From NCBI GenBank assembly GCA_028355575.1, contig JAOMSY010000001.1:13542-77541 (forward strand): DNA of 64,000 nt, read 5' to 3'. Of the stretch, positions 21,313-32,372 are shown piece by piece. A program made the position numbers and the translations under genes. Numbering within the stretch: the first letter of the stretch is position 1; the number at the start of each line of letters is the position of its first letter. The stretch is from Francisellaceae bacterium (GTDB lineage: Bacteria > Pseudomonadota > Gammaproteobacteria > Francisellales > Francisellaceae). The notes beneath the pieces were generated by a model that was not told the origin of the DNA, did no database searches, and saw only the letters and a list, made by a program, of their open reading frames with translations.

Positions 21313-21991
21313 CATGTTAATGAAGCATTTGAAAGAGTATATAGTTTTTAGGCGGTTTGAAAAAAACAACTATCCATACAGAGAATACTTTAACAAAAAA
21401 AAGTGTATTTTTATTCACATACCTAAAGCAGCAGGCACAAGTGTGTTAACCTGGATATCTGGATCATCAAAGCAATATCGAGATCATGCTGGTTGGTTAA
21501 CGTATTATATGAGAAATCCAGTGAAGTTCGAGAACTACTTTAAGTTTACAATAGTAAGAGACCCTCTATTTAGATTATTTTCAGCATATAATTACATTAT
21601 GCAAGGTGGTAATAAGTCTGCAGGGGATAGAGAGCTAGGAGATGCTTTAAATGATTATTTATCCTTTGATGACTTTGTATTAAATTATTTAGACCAGTAT
21701 AGAATACAAGAGCACTTGCTTTTTAGACCTCAATATTTATTCCTATGTGATTGGAAATTAGAGCTCAAAGTTGATTACGTTGCTCACTTTGAAAAAATAC
21801 AAGAAGACCTTCGTTTCGTGAAATCAAAGATTGCAGTAAATGGTGAAATTCCATTTCTTAATATATCAAGGGCAGAGTCTGCACCAACGCTAGTAAATTT
21901 TTCTGATGAGGTTAGAAATAAAATTTATACATTGTATGCACGAGATTATAGCTTATTTGGCTATAGTAAATATAACGGTGAAGGTTGTTAA
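21299..21991 (+). CDS. Sulfotransferase (Sulfotransfer_2 family)
   Basis: FIHIPKAAGTS (5'-PSB loop), VRDPLFRLFSAYNY (3'-PB motif), FRPQ, YARDYSLFGY. Confidence 0.88.
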   Translation: MSLSDMLMKHLKEYIVFRRFEKNNYPYREYFNKKKCIFIHIPKAAGTSVLTWISGSSKQYRDHAGWLTYYMRNPVKFENYFKFTIVRDPLFRLFSAYNYIMQGGNKSAGDRELGDALNDYLSFDDFVLNYLDQYRIQEHLLFRPQYLFLCDWKLELKVDYVAHFEKIQEDLRFVKSKIAVNGEIPFLNISRAESAPTLVNFSDEVRNKIYTLYARDYSLFGYSKYNGEGC

Positions 21992-23149
21992 ATGCACATT
22001 TTAATTTTGCCATCTTGGTACCCTGTAGAATTGACAAGTATTGGAGGATCATTTTTTAGAGAGCAGGCTGTCGCATATAAAAGGACTTTCCCAAATGATA
22101 GAGTAGGTGTCATTTATTCGATTGCTTATAGTATATTGAATATAAAGCCTAGGATCTCAATTAATAAAAATGACTTAGGTGTAAAGACATTAATTGCTAG
22201 CCATGTTGGAATACCAAAAATTAGAAGACTTCAGATAAAGTATACAGTTTCAAAAATATTAGAGCTTTTCAGAGCCTATATAGAACAATATGGAAAGCCA
22301 GAGATAATACATGTCCATTCAGCCTGGATAGCTGGTCTAGCTGCATTGGAGATATATAATCTTTATAAGATTCCTTACGTTCTTACAGAACATAACTCAT
22401 CGTTTGCAAGCTTGAAATATTCTCAGTTCCAATTGAAATGCATAAAAAATGTATGTACCTTAGCTAGTGAACGCATTGCAGTTTCAGAGAGGTTAGCTGA
22501 TCTGTTAGATTCCTTATTCTTTCAACGATTTAGATATATACCTAATAGCGTTTCTGATCACTTTTTTAGAACAGGTGAAAATGAGGTTAGAAGTCAAAGA
22601 AAATTTGTATTTGCTAGTATATCGTACTTAAAAAAGAATAAATGTATTGACGTTTTAATCATGGCTTTTTATAAAGCATTCGGAGGAAACTCTAGTGTAG
22701 TGCTTAAAATTGGAGGAGACGGCCCAGAAATGCAGCCTTTGATTGCATTAACTAAAAAACTCAATATTGATGAACAAATTATTTTTTTAGGGCCTTTATT
22801 GAGGAGGCAAGTATCGGAATTGCTAAAAAAAGAAGTAAATGCATTTGTGACAGCTAGTCGTTATGAAACTTTTGGGATTAGCTTGATTGAGGCTTTAGCG
22901 GCAGGTGTTCCTGTTATTTCAACAAAGTGTGGTGGGCCAGAATCAATCGTCAATAATAAAGTAGGCTATTTAGTTGAAAAAGAAAATATTGAGAAATTAG
23001 CTAAAGCAATGCTTAGTCTATATCAAAGCAGAAAGAAATGGCGTGCTGAAAGACTACAAATTCGTGAATTTTGTAAAAAAAATTTTTCACAAGAAACTAT
23101 AGCTACCCAATATCACAAACTATATAAAGATATATTAAATAATGATTAG
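21992..23149 (+). CDS. GT4 glycosyltransferase
   Basis: ILPSWYP..GGSFFREQA, HVHS, LTEH, ETFGISLIEA (EX7E). Confidence 0.9.
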   Translation: MHILILPSWYPVELTSIGGSFFREQAVAYKRTFPNDRVGVIYSIAYSILNIKPRISINKNDLGVKTLIASHVGIPKIRRLQIKYTVSKILELFRAYIEQYGKPEIIHVHSAWIAGLAALEIYNLYKIPYVLTEHNSSFASLKYSQFQLKCIKNVCTLASERIAVSERLADLLDSLFFQRFRYIPNSVSDHFFRTGENEVRSQRKFVFASISYLKKNKCIDVLIMAFYKAFGGNSSVVLKIGGDGPEMQPLIALTKKLNIDEQIIFLGPLLRRQVSELLKKEVNAFVTASRYETFGISLIEALAAGVPVISTKCGGPESIVNNKVGYLVEKENIEKLAKAMLSLYQSRKKWRAERLQIREFCKKNFSQETIATQYHKLYKDILNND

Positions 23150-24587
23150 AAAGTTTCTAACTTATGGAGTTGGTTCGATTGGGACCGCAATAATAAGTTT
23201 CATGACTGTTCCCATTCTTACACGTATTTTGGATCCAAGTAATTACGGTAAGGGTGGGTTGTATCTAACTATAGTAACGTTTCTTTTTTATATATGTAAT
23301 ATTGGCTTAGATATGGGCTATATGCGTTTTTTTTTTGAGAAAAACAGTAAGTTAGATAAAATACAGTTATTTTATCAATGTTTATTAATAGTGTTCATAT
23401 TATATTTAATAGTCGTTTGTGTTTTTTTCTTAAATAGAAGATATGTCCTGGATTTTTTTTTCGAAGGTGATAGTATTGGCATTTGCTTGGCGATTATGTT
23501 AGGCCTATTGTTCTTCATCCTTAATAGATTTTCAATGTTATCTCTTCGCATCCAACAAAGGGCTTTTTTGTATTCGTTGGCACAAATTCTAAATGCATTA
23601 ATAAATTTTCTAGGAATAATTATATTTTATTATGGATATGATATAGTGAATTTTACGCTGATTGTATACTCGCAATTTTTTTCACTTTTTTGTGTTTCAT
23701 TATTATTAATCTTATTAGATTTAGAGCGTTGGAAAATTAAAAAATATTTTCGTATATCAGTTACGCATTGGAGTCAATTTAATGCAACATTTAAATATAG
23801 TTGGCCATTCTTATTTTCGTTTCTCATTATTTGGGGGATGCAATATATTGACCGAATATTTCTGATTAAATTATCAAGCTTTGATCAATTAGGAATTTAT
23901 AGTGCTGCTTTCTCTCTAACTGCGCCGATGGTGATGTTTCAAGGTATTTTTACTACAATGTGGGCGCCGATAGGTAATAAAATTCTTATAGATAACTCAT
24001 TTAAAGGGAAGTATATTTATCATGTGCTCTATAAAAATATGTCAATACTCATGTTCTTGGGGGTTGTATTTGTTTTTAGCATAAAAGATGTATTGATCTA
24101 TGTCTTGGGGGAGAATTTTAGGGGAGCAGTATATATTTTTTTGTGGCTGTTATTTTTACCAATATTCAATCTATTATCACAACTTTTGAATGCTGGAATT
24201 ATTAAAAGCAAAAAAACAAAATGGAATATATGGGCGAGTACACTTGGGTTTATTGTTAACCTTATTGCTTGCTATGTTTTGATTCCGTCTTTACATGCCT
24301 TAGGGGCCGCTATTTCACTTGTAGCGGGCAGTTTTATGTTTTTTTTAGTAAAAATGCTAAGTAATTATATTAATTACCCATTTAAAATACATCACTTTCA
24401 TTTTGTATTGAGTTTATTAGTTTGTGTGATTTCATTTATATTTATTTATTTGAAATTGATCTTACTGTCATGGGTGTTTATATTAACTCTATTAGCATAT
24501 CAGATATTACTTATGCTTAGGAAACAGAACATATCAATGATCTTAAAAGTACTAAAATTAACGTCAACTCCAGACAATCTAGGTTAG
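23142..24587 (+). CDS. wzx: Wzx oligosaccharide flippase
   Basis: PILTRILDPSNYG, IDRIFL..LGIYSAA, LIPSLHALGAAIS; many TM segments. Confidence 0.85.
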   Translation: MIRKFLTYGVGSIGTAIISFMTVPILTRILDPSNYGKGGLYLTIVTFLFYICNIGLDMGYMRFFFEKNSKLDKIQLFYQCLLIVFILYLIVVCVFFLNRRYVLDFFFEGDSIGICLAIMLGLLFFILNRFSMLSLRIQQRAFLYSLAQILNALINFLGIIIFYYGYDIVNFTLIVYSQFFSLFCVSLLLILLDLERWKIKKYFRISVTHWSQFNATFKYSWPFLFSFLIIWGMQYIDRIFLIKLSSFDQLGIYSAAFSLTAPMVMFQGIFTTMWAPIGNKILIDNSFKGKYIYHVLYKNMSILMFLGVVFVFSIKDVLIYVLGENFRGAVYIFLWLLFLPIFNLLSQLLNAGIIKSKKTKWNIWASTLGFIVNLIACYVLIPSLHALGAAISLVAGSFMFFLVKMLSNYINYPFKIHHFHFVLSLLVCVISFIFIYLKLILLSWVFILTLLAYQILLMLRKQNISMILKVLKLTSTPDNLG

Positions 24588-24776
24588 TTAGTAATCAATA
24601 TGGTTTTTCGATCAAATTTCATATTTCCAAGAATGCTAACTATCTAGACTACATTCTTAAAATTTAGATACTTTTGACCCTATTTATAGTTGTAAATAGT
24701 TTCGCAGGCCAATCTAAAGAGGATAGAATAGTGTTTTTAGGCAGTATTAAGATCTATAAAATCAGGTTGAAACAAA

Positions 24777-25847
24777 ATGATTAAGAAAATTAGGGTTGTT
24801 ATACTGGGTTTAGATACCTTTAAGCACAAAAACATTAGTCAAATTAAGTTGATGAACCAGAGTGGCTATTATTTTACTGTTTTCACAAATGATAGAATGG
24901 GTGATTCTAAGAAACAGTTTGGAGATTTATTACAAATTAATAGTCTGAAGGTATTAAAAGGAAAGTTTTTACAGAGATTATGTCAGGTATTTCAGTATTT
25001 AAGAAAAAGCAAGAACACACTACATCATGTGGAATTATATCCAATTGGTAGATTCTCTATTTTTTATATCATTATTTGTAAGACCTTGCGAATAAAATCT
25101 TTATCTATATTAAGAGGCATTGCATTAAAACCAGAAAATTTTGATAATGAGTCTTGGCTTTATAAACTATCAGTGAAATATTCATTTCGATGGTCTGATT
25201 ATGTTTGGTATAAAGAACCATATATGGAACATAATTTGAATAGAATTGGTGTAACTCGGAAAGCATTTTTACCAAACGCTGTGGCAATGCCTGATCAGCA
25301 AGGCAATATTGTAAAAAGCATAGATTTTATTTGGGTAAATAGAATTATTAAAGAACGCTATTTTGATTGGGTTACTGAGCACTTTTATAATCACCGTAAT
25401 AGTTCTTTAACAGTGCTTGGTTCACAAGGCGAACGTGATTTTATGTCATCAAACAGTTATCAGTTGCTTAATAAAATGAAAGATAGGAAAGAAATTGATT
25501 TTCAAGGTTTTGTTAACCCTATGGCGTATTATCAACTAGCAACTTATTTTATATTACCAACGGAAATTGTATTTGGTAATTATGCATTATTAGAAGCCAT
25601 GTCTTATGGCGTAATCCCCATAGTCTCCAGTACTGATTCTACAAGTTTAATTGTTCAGGATGGTGTGAATGGTTTAGTGTTTAATAATGACAAAGCTAGC
25701 TTTTTTAGGATGCTGAAATATGCAGTTAACCTAAGTGAAGAAAAGAAAAAGCTTTTATCTGAGAAGGCGCAAGAAACTATTCATCAGCAATATTCCTTAG
25801 ATAGCCATAAAAAATCTTTACTTAAGCTATATAGTAAATTGGATTAA
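24777..25847 (+). CDS. GT4 glycosyltransferase (divergent)
   Basis: FILPTEIVFGNYALLEAMSYG, IVQDGVNGLVF. Confidence 0.8.
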   Translation: MIKKIRVVILGLDTFKHKNISQIKLMNQSGYYFTVFTNDRMGDSKKQFGDLLQINSLKVLKGKFLQRLCQVFQYLRKSKNTLHHVELYPIGRFSIFYIIICKTLRIKSLSILRGIALKPENFDNESWLYKLSVKYSFRWSDYVWYKEPYMEHNLNRIGVTRKAFLPNAVAMPDQQGNIVKSIDFIWVNRIIKERYFDWVTEHFYNHRNSSLTVLGSQGERDFMSSNSYQLLNKMKDRKEIDFQGFVNPMAYYQLATYFILPTEIVFGNYALLEAMSYGVIPIVSSTDSTSLIVQDGVNGLVFNNDKASFFRMLKYAVNLSEEKKKLLSEKAQETIHQQYSLDSHKKSLLKLYSKLD

Positions 25848-25856
25848 ATAAATTAC

Positions 25857-26531
25857 ATGATTGATATAAAAAATCTTTGTTATAAATTTTATGTGAGGAT
25901 TTTCCCAAGAAAATATATTGAATATATTAACTTGCGACGTAGGCGTAATATATACACACAAGCCAAAATAATTTTCATCCATGTGCCAAAAGCAGCTGGT
26001 ACATCGGTTTGTCATTCATTGTATGGCAAAACACTGGGGCATTTTAAAGCAAAAAATATTCAAAAAGCATTGCCAAATGAATTTAGAGAGTTTTTTACGT
26101 TTTCATTAGTCAGGCACCCGTATGATCGGGTACTTTCTGCGTATCAGTTTGCCAAGCAAGGTAAAACGGATGTAATGGGGATATCAAATCCTAAGAAATA
26201 TCAGATAAACGACTTTATTTCTTTTGAAACATTTGTAACACAATGGTTGGTAGAGGTTGATTTAACAGAGGCGGATTATGTATTTCAGCCGCAATATTTA
26301 TTTACTCATGGGGATAACGATCAACTATTGGTAAATAAAATATGGAAAGTGGAGCAGATGGATCGATTTTATGAGGAATTTGAGAAATATGCGCATAAAA
26401 AAATTGAAAAAAAACATATTAACCAGTCAAAATCAAATGCTTCTGAAAAAAACCAACTCTCTACCGAGTTGAAAAAAATAATTTATCAGTGCTATCAAAA
26501 AGATTTTGAATTATTTAACTATCAAAAGTAA
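25857..26531 (+). CDS. Second sulfotransferase (Sulfotransfer_2 family)
   Basis: FIHVPKAAGTS, VRHPYDRVLSAYQF, VFQPQ, YQKDFELFNY. Confidence 0.88.
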   Translation: MIDIKNLCYKFYVRIFPRKYIEYINLRRRRNIYTQAKIIFIHVPKAAGTSVCHSLYGKTLGHFKAKNIQKALPNEFREFFTFSLVRHPYDRVLSAYQFAKQGKTDVMGISNPKKYQINDFISFETFVTQWLVEVDLTEADYVFQPQYLFTHGDNDQLLVNKIWKVEQMDRFYEEFEKYAHKKIEKKHINQSKSNASEKNQLSTELKKIIYQCYQKDFELFNYQK

Positions 26532-26539
26532 AAAGGTAT

Positions 26540-27640
26540 TTGATGATTAAAGTATTACATATTATTAAATCGTTGAATCGTGGTGGTGCAGAGATGTTAT
26601 TGTCAGAGACCCTGAAGCATCATGATAGAAATAAATTTGAATTTCATTATTGTATTTTTTCTAGAGATGATGATGACTTGGTGAATGAGATAGAGAAAAA
26701 TGGTGGCCAGATATTTTTAATAAACTCTAAATGTACTAATTTGAAAATGTTTTTTTCAATATTTCAAATTAGTCATTATGTTAAGATAAATAATATTAGT
26801 ATACTGCATTGCCATATGCCTTTAGTGGGTGTACTAGGTCGTGTCCTTAGGTCGTTATGGGGGTATAAGCTCATATATACTGAGCATAACTTACAAGAAA
26901 GTTATAAAACAATTACAAGGTATTTGAATAAGATTACCTTTATATTCCAAGATCAAGTGCTGGCATGTTCGGATGAAGTTTTAAAATCTATTAAAGATAA
27001 TATTAAGCATAAACCTAAATTAGGGACTTTAAAAAATTGTGTTGATATTGATAAATTTAATAATGATTCAAACTCAGCAAATTTGATTAGAAAGAAATAT
27101 CGGGTTGATTCAGGTGTAATTTTAATTGGAACAATTGTTAGTTTTAGAGCACAAAAGCGCTTAAAGCTATGGTTAGATATTGCTTGTGATATATCAAAAA
27201 AATATTCTAATGTCAGGTTTATGATGGTAGGTGGAGGGCCACTAGATATTGAAATAAATGATTACAAAGAAAAATATAATATTGATTGTATTATGACTGG
27301 TACCCAGTCTAATACTACTGCGTATTATGCTGCATTTGATATTTTTTTTATGACCTCTGAATACGAAGGATTGCCTCTTGCTTTACTAGAGGCAATGAGC
27401 TCAGAATGCGCTGTGGTGACAACGGGTGCTGGAGGTATTGGCCAAGTTGTTGAACATAAAAAAAATGGGTTGGTTGCCGATGTATATGATAATTCTGCGA
27501 TTAAGGATAATCTAATTGAAATGATTAATGATAGTTCTTTACGGAGAAATTGTGCAGCCAATGCTAGAATAACTATTGTTGAGCGATTTAGCATAGAAAA
27601 TATGGTAAGTCAGCTTGAAGAAATATATACAAGGTTATGA
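26540..27640 (+). CDS. GT4 glycosyltransferase
   Basis: SLNRGGAE, YTEH, EGLPLALLEAM. Confidence 0.9.
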   Translation: MMIKVLHIIKSLNRGGAEMLLSETLKHHDRNKFEFHYCIFSRDDDDLVNEIEKNGGQIFLINSKCTNLKMFFSIFQISHYVKINNISILHCHMPLVGVLGRVLRSLWGYKLIYTEHNLQESYKTITRYLNKITFIFQDQVLACSDEVLKSIKDNIKHKPKLGTLKNCVDIDKFNNDSNSANLIRKKYRVDSGVILIGTIVSFRAQKRLKLWLDIACDISKKYSNVRFMMVGGGPLDIEINDYKEKYNIDCIMTGTQSNTTAYYAAFDIFFMTSEYEGLPLALLEAMSSECAVVTTGAGGIGQVVEHKKNGLVADVYDNSAIKDNLIEMINDSSLRRNCAANARITIVERFSIENMVSQLEEIYTRL

Positions 27641-27667
27641 AATAGATAATTATTTGCTAAGAAAAAT

Positions 27668-28657
27668 TTAGTTTTTATGCGTACTGTTGTACATTTTACA
27701 TTCCCATTTCCAAGCATCAAATATAATCTGATCAATTGTGCTGTTCTTTGGTGCCCAGCCAATGTTGTTTGATGCTTCATGAGAATTAGCAATCAGAGTA
27801 GCGGGATCTCCAGGTCTTTTGTCTGAAATGGTAACCTGTATTTGTTTATTTGTTATTTTTATTGCAGTGTCAATGATCTGCTGAACTGAATAGCCTTTTT
27901 CATTCCCTAGATTATAAATATGGCTACCATTATTGCTTTGCATGTTTATAAGGGCTAAATAGTGGGCTTGAGCAATATCCGATACATGTATATAGTCCCT
28001 TATACAAGTACCATCGTCGGTATTATAATTGTTGCCATATAGGTGAAAACTAGCCATTCTTCCAGATGCTGCGGCCATTAATTGTGGAATTAGGTGGCCT
28101 GATGTTTTTGGGAAACCAATTCTTGTTTTGGGGTCAGCTCCGGCTGCATTGAAATATCTGAATATGGTGTACTGTATTCTGTTTGCAGTTAGATAATCAG
28201 CCAATATATCTTCAATCATTGATTTAGATTTACCATAAGGATTGATAGGTTTTTTGGGGTGTTTAGTATCAATTGGTGTGTAATTAGGTTCGCCATATAC
28301 TGCGGCAGTTGAGGAGAATATTATTTTTTTTATATTGGCCTGTAACATTCCATCTAACAAAATTAGGGTGTTTTTAAGATTATTTAAATAGTACTTGTTA
28401 GGGTTAATTACTGATTCACCAACTTTGATAGATGCGGCAAAATGCATAACTATCGAAATTTTATGTTTATTAAAAATTTCTTTGAGCAGCTCTTTATTCT
28501 CAATAGAGCCTTTATAAAAGATACCGCCTGTAATTGATTTTTGTTTACCTGTAGAAAGATCATCTAAAATAATGACTTCATGTCCATGGTGTAATAAATG
28601 AAGAACCATGTGTGATCCAATATAACCTGCTCCTCCAGTAACTAAGATTTGAGACAT
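27668..28657 (-). CDS. galE: UDP-glucose/GlcNAc 4-epimerase
   Basis: TGGAGYIGSH, FSSTAAVYG, YGKSK, RYFNAAGA, DGTCIRDYIHV. Confidence 0.93.
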   Translation of the reverse strand: MSQILVTGGAGYIGSHMVLHLLHHGHEVIILDDLSTGKQKSITGGIFYKGSIENKELLKEIFNKHKISIVMHFAASIKVGESVINPNKYYLNNLKNTLILLDGMLQANIKKIIFSSTAAVYGEPNYTPIDTKHPKKPINPYGKSKSMIEDILADYLTANRIQYTIFRYFNAAGADPKTRIGFPKTSGHLIPQLMAAASGRMASFHLYGNNYNTDDGTCIRDYIHVSDIAQAHYLALINMQSNNGSHIYNLGNEKGYSVQQIIDTAIKITNKQIQVTISDKRPGDPATLIANSHEASNNIGWAPKNSTIDQIIFDAWKWECKMYNSTHKN

Positions 28658-28778
28658 AATTAAGCTGCAAATTATTTTTATAAGTAAGATTATAATGTAA
28701 TATATGGTAAATTAAAGCCATATATATTTATAGGAAGCATGTATAGTGTTAATTTGTTAGGTAGAAGTTGGTCTAAAC

Positions 28779-29966
28779 TTGAATGAAACACTAGCAGGGT
28801 TATGTGTTGGATTAATATTTTTTTCAATTAGCATTATAGTTTCTCTGGCAATATATCGTATTTTTTCAAAATGCTATTTAAGGGTATTGAGTATAATTTA
28901 TTTGAGTTGGATCGCTCATTTTATTGCCTCTTATGCGTATTCTTTAATACCTTCAGATTCATTTAATCAATTTTTCACAGAAGCAAATATAAATTACTTC
29001 TCTGTTGGCACTCAGTTTATAAAAAACTTAACCTGGTATGTTAGAGAATATGTAACAGGTGATTCCTATCTAGGGACATTATATTTTTTTTCAGTATTTG
29101 CTTTTATTGGTAGTGTGCTCTGGTTTTGTTTGTATTTGCGTATAGCTCAGTTACTTTCAGTTAGGGTTCGACAGCAAATATTTCCCGCCTTAGTAATTAT
29201 GTGTTGGCCCTCATTCTTATTTTTTACCTCAGGGATTGGCAAGGATTCATTAAGTTATTTCTTTATCCCTTTGATTTGTCTGGCTTGGTTGGAGATAATA
29301 TATATTAAACGTAATATTGCCTGTATGTGTATTATATTGCTTTTGAGTGGGTTGGTATTAACACTAATTAGACCTTACCTAGCTATGGTGTTCATGGGAG
29401 CACTGTATCTGTCAACATTTAAAGGGGTGCGTAGTTTAACTTTTTTACGCATTCTAGGAATTGTTATAATTGTTCCTATAGCTTTATTTGTTGTTCAATG
29501 GGTCTTGTCCAAGCAAGGTGGTATTCACGATATAAGTGTAACTAGTATTGCAGAACGCGCACTTGCTCAGAAAGAAAACTTAAGTAAAGGTACATCATTC
29601 CCGATATTATCTGATCAGCCAATTCTTGTTTTGTTACTATTACCATATAGCATGCTAATGAATCTGATCATGCCTCTATTTGTTTTTGCTAATAATATAA
29701 CGGGGTTAATTGCATCGTTTGAAAACTTATTTTTACTTGGTTTGATCTTTTATTTTTGGAAAAATAGAAAGATATTTAAGAATTTGTGTAGTCGCTGTCA
29801 TATGGTAAAACTGACTTTCTGTTTTTTTATTGTAGGCATGGCATTTTTAGGTTTAATCAATACTAATTTAGGTTTGGCTATGCGCCAAAAGTCCATGTAT
29901 TTGCCCGCGTTATTGGTGGTTATTATGTTAGTTTGGCAATTTAAAAAGCAAAGCAGAATAAAATGA
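28779..29966 (+). CDS. Polytopic membrane protein, probable Wzy polymerase
   Basis: About 10 TM segments, WPSFLFFTSGIGKDS, IRPY, NLGLAMRQK; lies within a Wzx/Wzc locus. Confidence 0.6.
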   Translation: MNETLAGLCVGLIFFSISIIVSLAIYRIFSKCYLRVLSIIYLSWIAHFIASYAYSLIPSDSFNQFFTEANINYFSVGTQFIKNLTWYVREYVTGDSYLGTLYFFSVFAFIGSVLWFCLYLRIAQLLSVRVRQQIFPALVIMCWPSFLFFTSGIGKDSLSYFFIPLICLAWLEIIYIKRNIACMCIILLLSGLVLTLIRPYLAMVFMGALYLSTFKGVRSLTFLRILGIVIIVPIALFVVQWVLSKQGGIHDISVTSIAERALAQKENLSKGTSFPILSDQPILVLLLLPYSMLMNLIMPLFVFANNITGLIASFENLFLLGLIFYFWKNRKIFKNLCSRCHMVKLTFCFFIVGMAFLGLINTNLGLAMRQKSMYLPALLVVIMLVWQFKKQSRIK

Positions 29967-31084
29967 ATATTGTTATTTTAGCAAGCTATGCGCCTTCCAT
30001 TCTAAATTTTAGAAAAGAGTTAGTTTTATCTTTAAAGAAATATGGGAAAGTTACAACTTTGGTGCCGTATGAGTCAGAAGACATGAAGCATCAAATTCAA
30101 AGTCTAGGAGTTGATTATCAGGAAATACCGCTTTCTCGGCGTGGTTTAAATCCATTAAAGGATATAAAGCTCTTAAAATTTTTAGTTAGATTCCATAAAA
30201 AAAATCAAACAGACTTAGTTATTGGTTACACGGTTAAGCCAGTTATCTATGGTTCCATTGCAGCAAAAATAGCAAAAGTGCCAAGCATTTATTCCATTAT
30301 TACTGGATTGGGGTTTGCCTTTATTGATAAATCTTCTTTAAAGCAGAAACTGATTCAGAAGCTTATTCAAAAATTATATAAAAATACGCTTAAGTATAAC
30401 CAAACTGTATTTTTTCAAAATCCAGATGATTTAAACTTATTTCGTCAATTAAAAATATTGCCTAAAACGGCCGCAACACAGTTGATTAATGGCTCAGGAG
30501 TGAATCTTGATTATTTTGAATATAAAAAGGATATCTGTTTAGCGCCAATTCGTTTTTTGATGATTGCCAGAATTATGCAGGATAAAGGTGTAGTTGAATT
30601 TATTCAAGCAGCCAAGCAGGTCAAGCAGGATTATGGTAATGTGGAATTTCATCTCGTTGGTTTTATGGATGAAAGTAATCATCATATTGAACAGTTGATT
30701 AACCAATGTGTAGAGAAAAAAATCATTAACTTCCATGGCGAATTACAGGATGTTAGGTCTATATTAGCGCAGTGTTCGGTTTATGTATTGCCATCTTATC
30801 GTGAAGGGACACCGAGGAGTGTATTAGAAGCCATGTCAACAGGACGTGCTATTATTACCACCGATGCGCCGGGGTGTCGTGAAACCGTGCAAGAAGGTCA
30901 TAATGGTTATTTGGTTCCCATAAAATATGCTAATCATTTAGCTGAAGCAATGATTAAATTAATAGAAACCCCTGACAAAATCATCGAAATGGGTAAAAAT
31001 AGTAGACAGTTAGTTGAAGAAAAATATGATGTTCATAAGGTCAACCAAGTAATATTGAAAACGATAGGTTTGTTAAATGATTAA
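29963..31084 (+). CDS. GT4 glycosyltransferase, PglA/CapM-like (adds the second sugar)
   Basis: [46 protein letters not shown]. Confidence 0.88.
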   Translation: MNIVILASYAPSILNFRKELVLSLKKYGKVTTLVPYESEDMKHQIQSLGVDYQEIPLSRRGLNPLKDIKLLKFLVRFHKKNQTDLVIGYTVKPVIYGSIAAKIAKVPSIYSIITGLGFAFIDKSSLKQKLIQKLIQKLYKNTLKYNQTVFFQNPDDLNLFRQLKILPKTAATQLINGSGVNLDYFEYKKDICLAPIRFLMIARIMQDKGVVEFIQAAKQVKQDYGNVEFHLVGFMDESNHHIEQLINQCVEKKIINFHGELQDVRSILAQCSVYVLPSYREGTPRSVLEAMSTGRAIITTDAPGCRETVQEGHNGYLVPIKYANHLAEAMIKLIETPDKIIEMGKNSRQLVEEKYDVHKVNQVILKTIGLLND

Positions 31085-31673
31085 ACGGTTCTTTGATATT
31101 AGTTTAAGTCTGTTTTTGCTGATTATGCTATTGCCAATAATATTCATTCTATACATCGTTATATATCTTAAATTAGGTCCTCCTGTTATTTTTAAACAAG
31201 GGCGTCCAGGTTATCGCGAAAAAATTTTTACGATCTATAAATTTAGAACCATGACGAGTGAGACAGATCAAAATGGTAATTTATTACCCGATTCAATTCG
31301 GTTGACGAAATTTGGTAAATTTTTGAGAGCATTAAGTTTAGATGAGCTACCTCAATTATTAAATGTTTTAAAAGGAGAAATGAGTTTTGTAGGACCAAGA
31401 GCATTGTTAAGAGAATATTTGCCTTTATATAATCAAGAGCAGAAAAAACGACATTTAGTCAAACCAGGCATAACAGGTTGGGCACAAATAAATGGGCGTA
31501 ATGCCATTAGTTGGGAGCAGAAATTTAAATATGATGTTTGGTACGTTGAGCATCAATCGATTTTATTAGATATGAAAATTATGTGGTTCACTTTGGTTAA
31601 AGTGATCAAAAGAAGTGATATTAATCAAGATGGTCAGGCGACAATGGAAAAATTTAAAGGTTCCCATGAGTGA
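31077..31673 (+). CDS. Initiating undecaprenyl-phosphate sugar phosphotransferase, PglC-like
   Basis: [46 protein letters not shown]. Confidence 0.92.
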   Translation: MIKRFFDISLSLFLLIMLLPIIFILYIVIYLKLGPPVIFKQGRPGYREKIFTIYKFRTMTSETDQNGNLLPDSIRLTKFGKFLRALSLDELPQLLNVLKGEMSFVGPRALLREYLPLYNQEQKKRHLVKPGITGWAQINGRNAISWEQKFKYDVWYVEHQSILLDMKIMWFTLVKVIKRSDINQDGQATMEKFKGSHE

Positions 31674-32274
31674 TTTATTAATTATAGGGGCTGGTGGACA
31701 TGCTAAAGTTGTTTTTGATTGTGCTTCTCAACAAGGATTATTTGGGTCTTATACAGTTGTAGACAGTGATAAGCATAAATGGGGGAAAGAATTTCTAGAT
31801 ACAGTGATTTGTACTGAAATAGATATTAATCCTGATGATTATAGTGGTTTTGTATGTGCGATTGGGCATGATCAGATTCGAAAAACACTATTTCAAAAGT
31901 ACCTGAAATTAGGTGTTACCCCGGTAAATGTGATTCATCCAAATACCTACATATCTTCATTTTGCGATTTAGGTCTTGGGATAATGATGATGAAAGGTGC
32001 GACAGTACATCCCGATGCTGAAGTGGGCGACAATGTTATTGTTAATACGCATGCGATTATTGAACACGATGTTAAGGTTGCTGATCACGTACAAATTTCA
32101 CCTGGCGCAATTATTTGTGGTAATGTATCAATCGGCAGTTTAAGTTTTGTTGGTGCCGGTGCAGTAATTAAACAAGGTGTTGCCATAGGTCAAAATTGTA
32201 TGATTGCTGCCGGAGCGGTGGTGGTAAAAGATGTACCTGATGGCCAGTTAGTTAAAGGCATCCCTGCAAAATAA
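31666..32274 (+). CDS. Sugar N-acetyltransferase, PglD/NeuD-like
   Basis: [18 protein letters not shown] catalytic motif, hexapeptide repeats, VKGIPAK; ATG 31666 overlaps the end of the upstream gene. Confidence 0.88.
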   Translation: MSDLLIIGAGGHAKVVFDCASQQGLFGSYTVVDSDKHKWGKEFLDTVICTEIDINPDDYSGFVCAIGHDQIRKTLFQKYLKLGVTPVNVIHPNTYISSFCDLGLGIMMMKGATVHPDAEVGDNVIVNTHAIIEHDVKVADHVQISPGAIICGNVSIGSLSFVGAGAVIKQGVAIGQNCMIAAGAVVVKDVPDGQLVKGIPAK

Positions 32275-32372
32275 GTTTTAAACTTCTCGTGTTTGTTTCA
32301 ATATATCATTAGAGCATTTATATGATGATAATGGTATAGTAAATAGATGATGTAACGTTCGACTTTTTATAG

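Noticed and set aside
24588..24776. 189-bp gap after wzx containing GGCAGTAT, as an ops/JUMPstart element or gene remnant
   Set aside because: Does not match GGCGGTAG or the JUMPstart context, and no convincing ORF remnant is present
27641..28680. Short near-inverted repeats (AATTATTTGC / GCAAATTATT) flanking galE as an invertible switch
   Set aside because: A 10-bp AT-rich match with a mismatch is expected by chance, and no recombinase is nearby
30340..30376. [12 protein letters not shown] micro-repeat in the PglA-like GT
   Set aside because: Degenerate at DNA level; a small old in-frame duplication with no sign of being a variable tract
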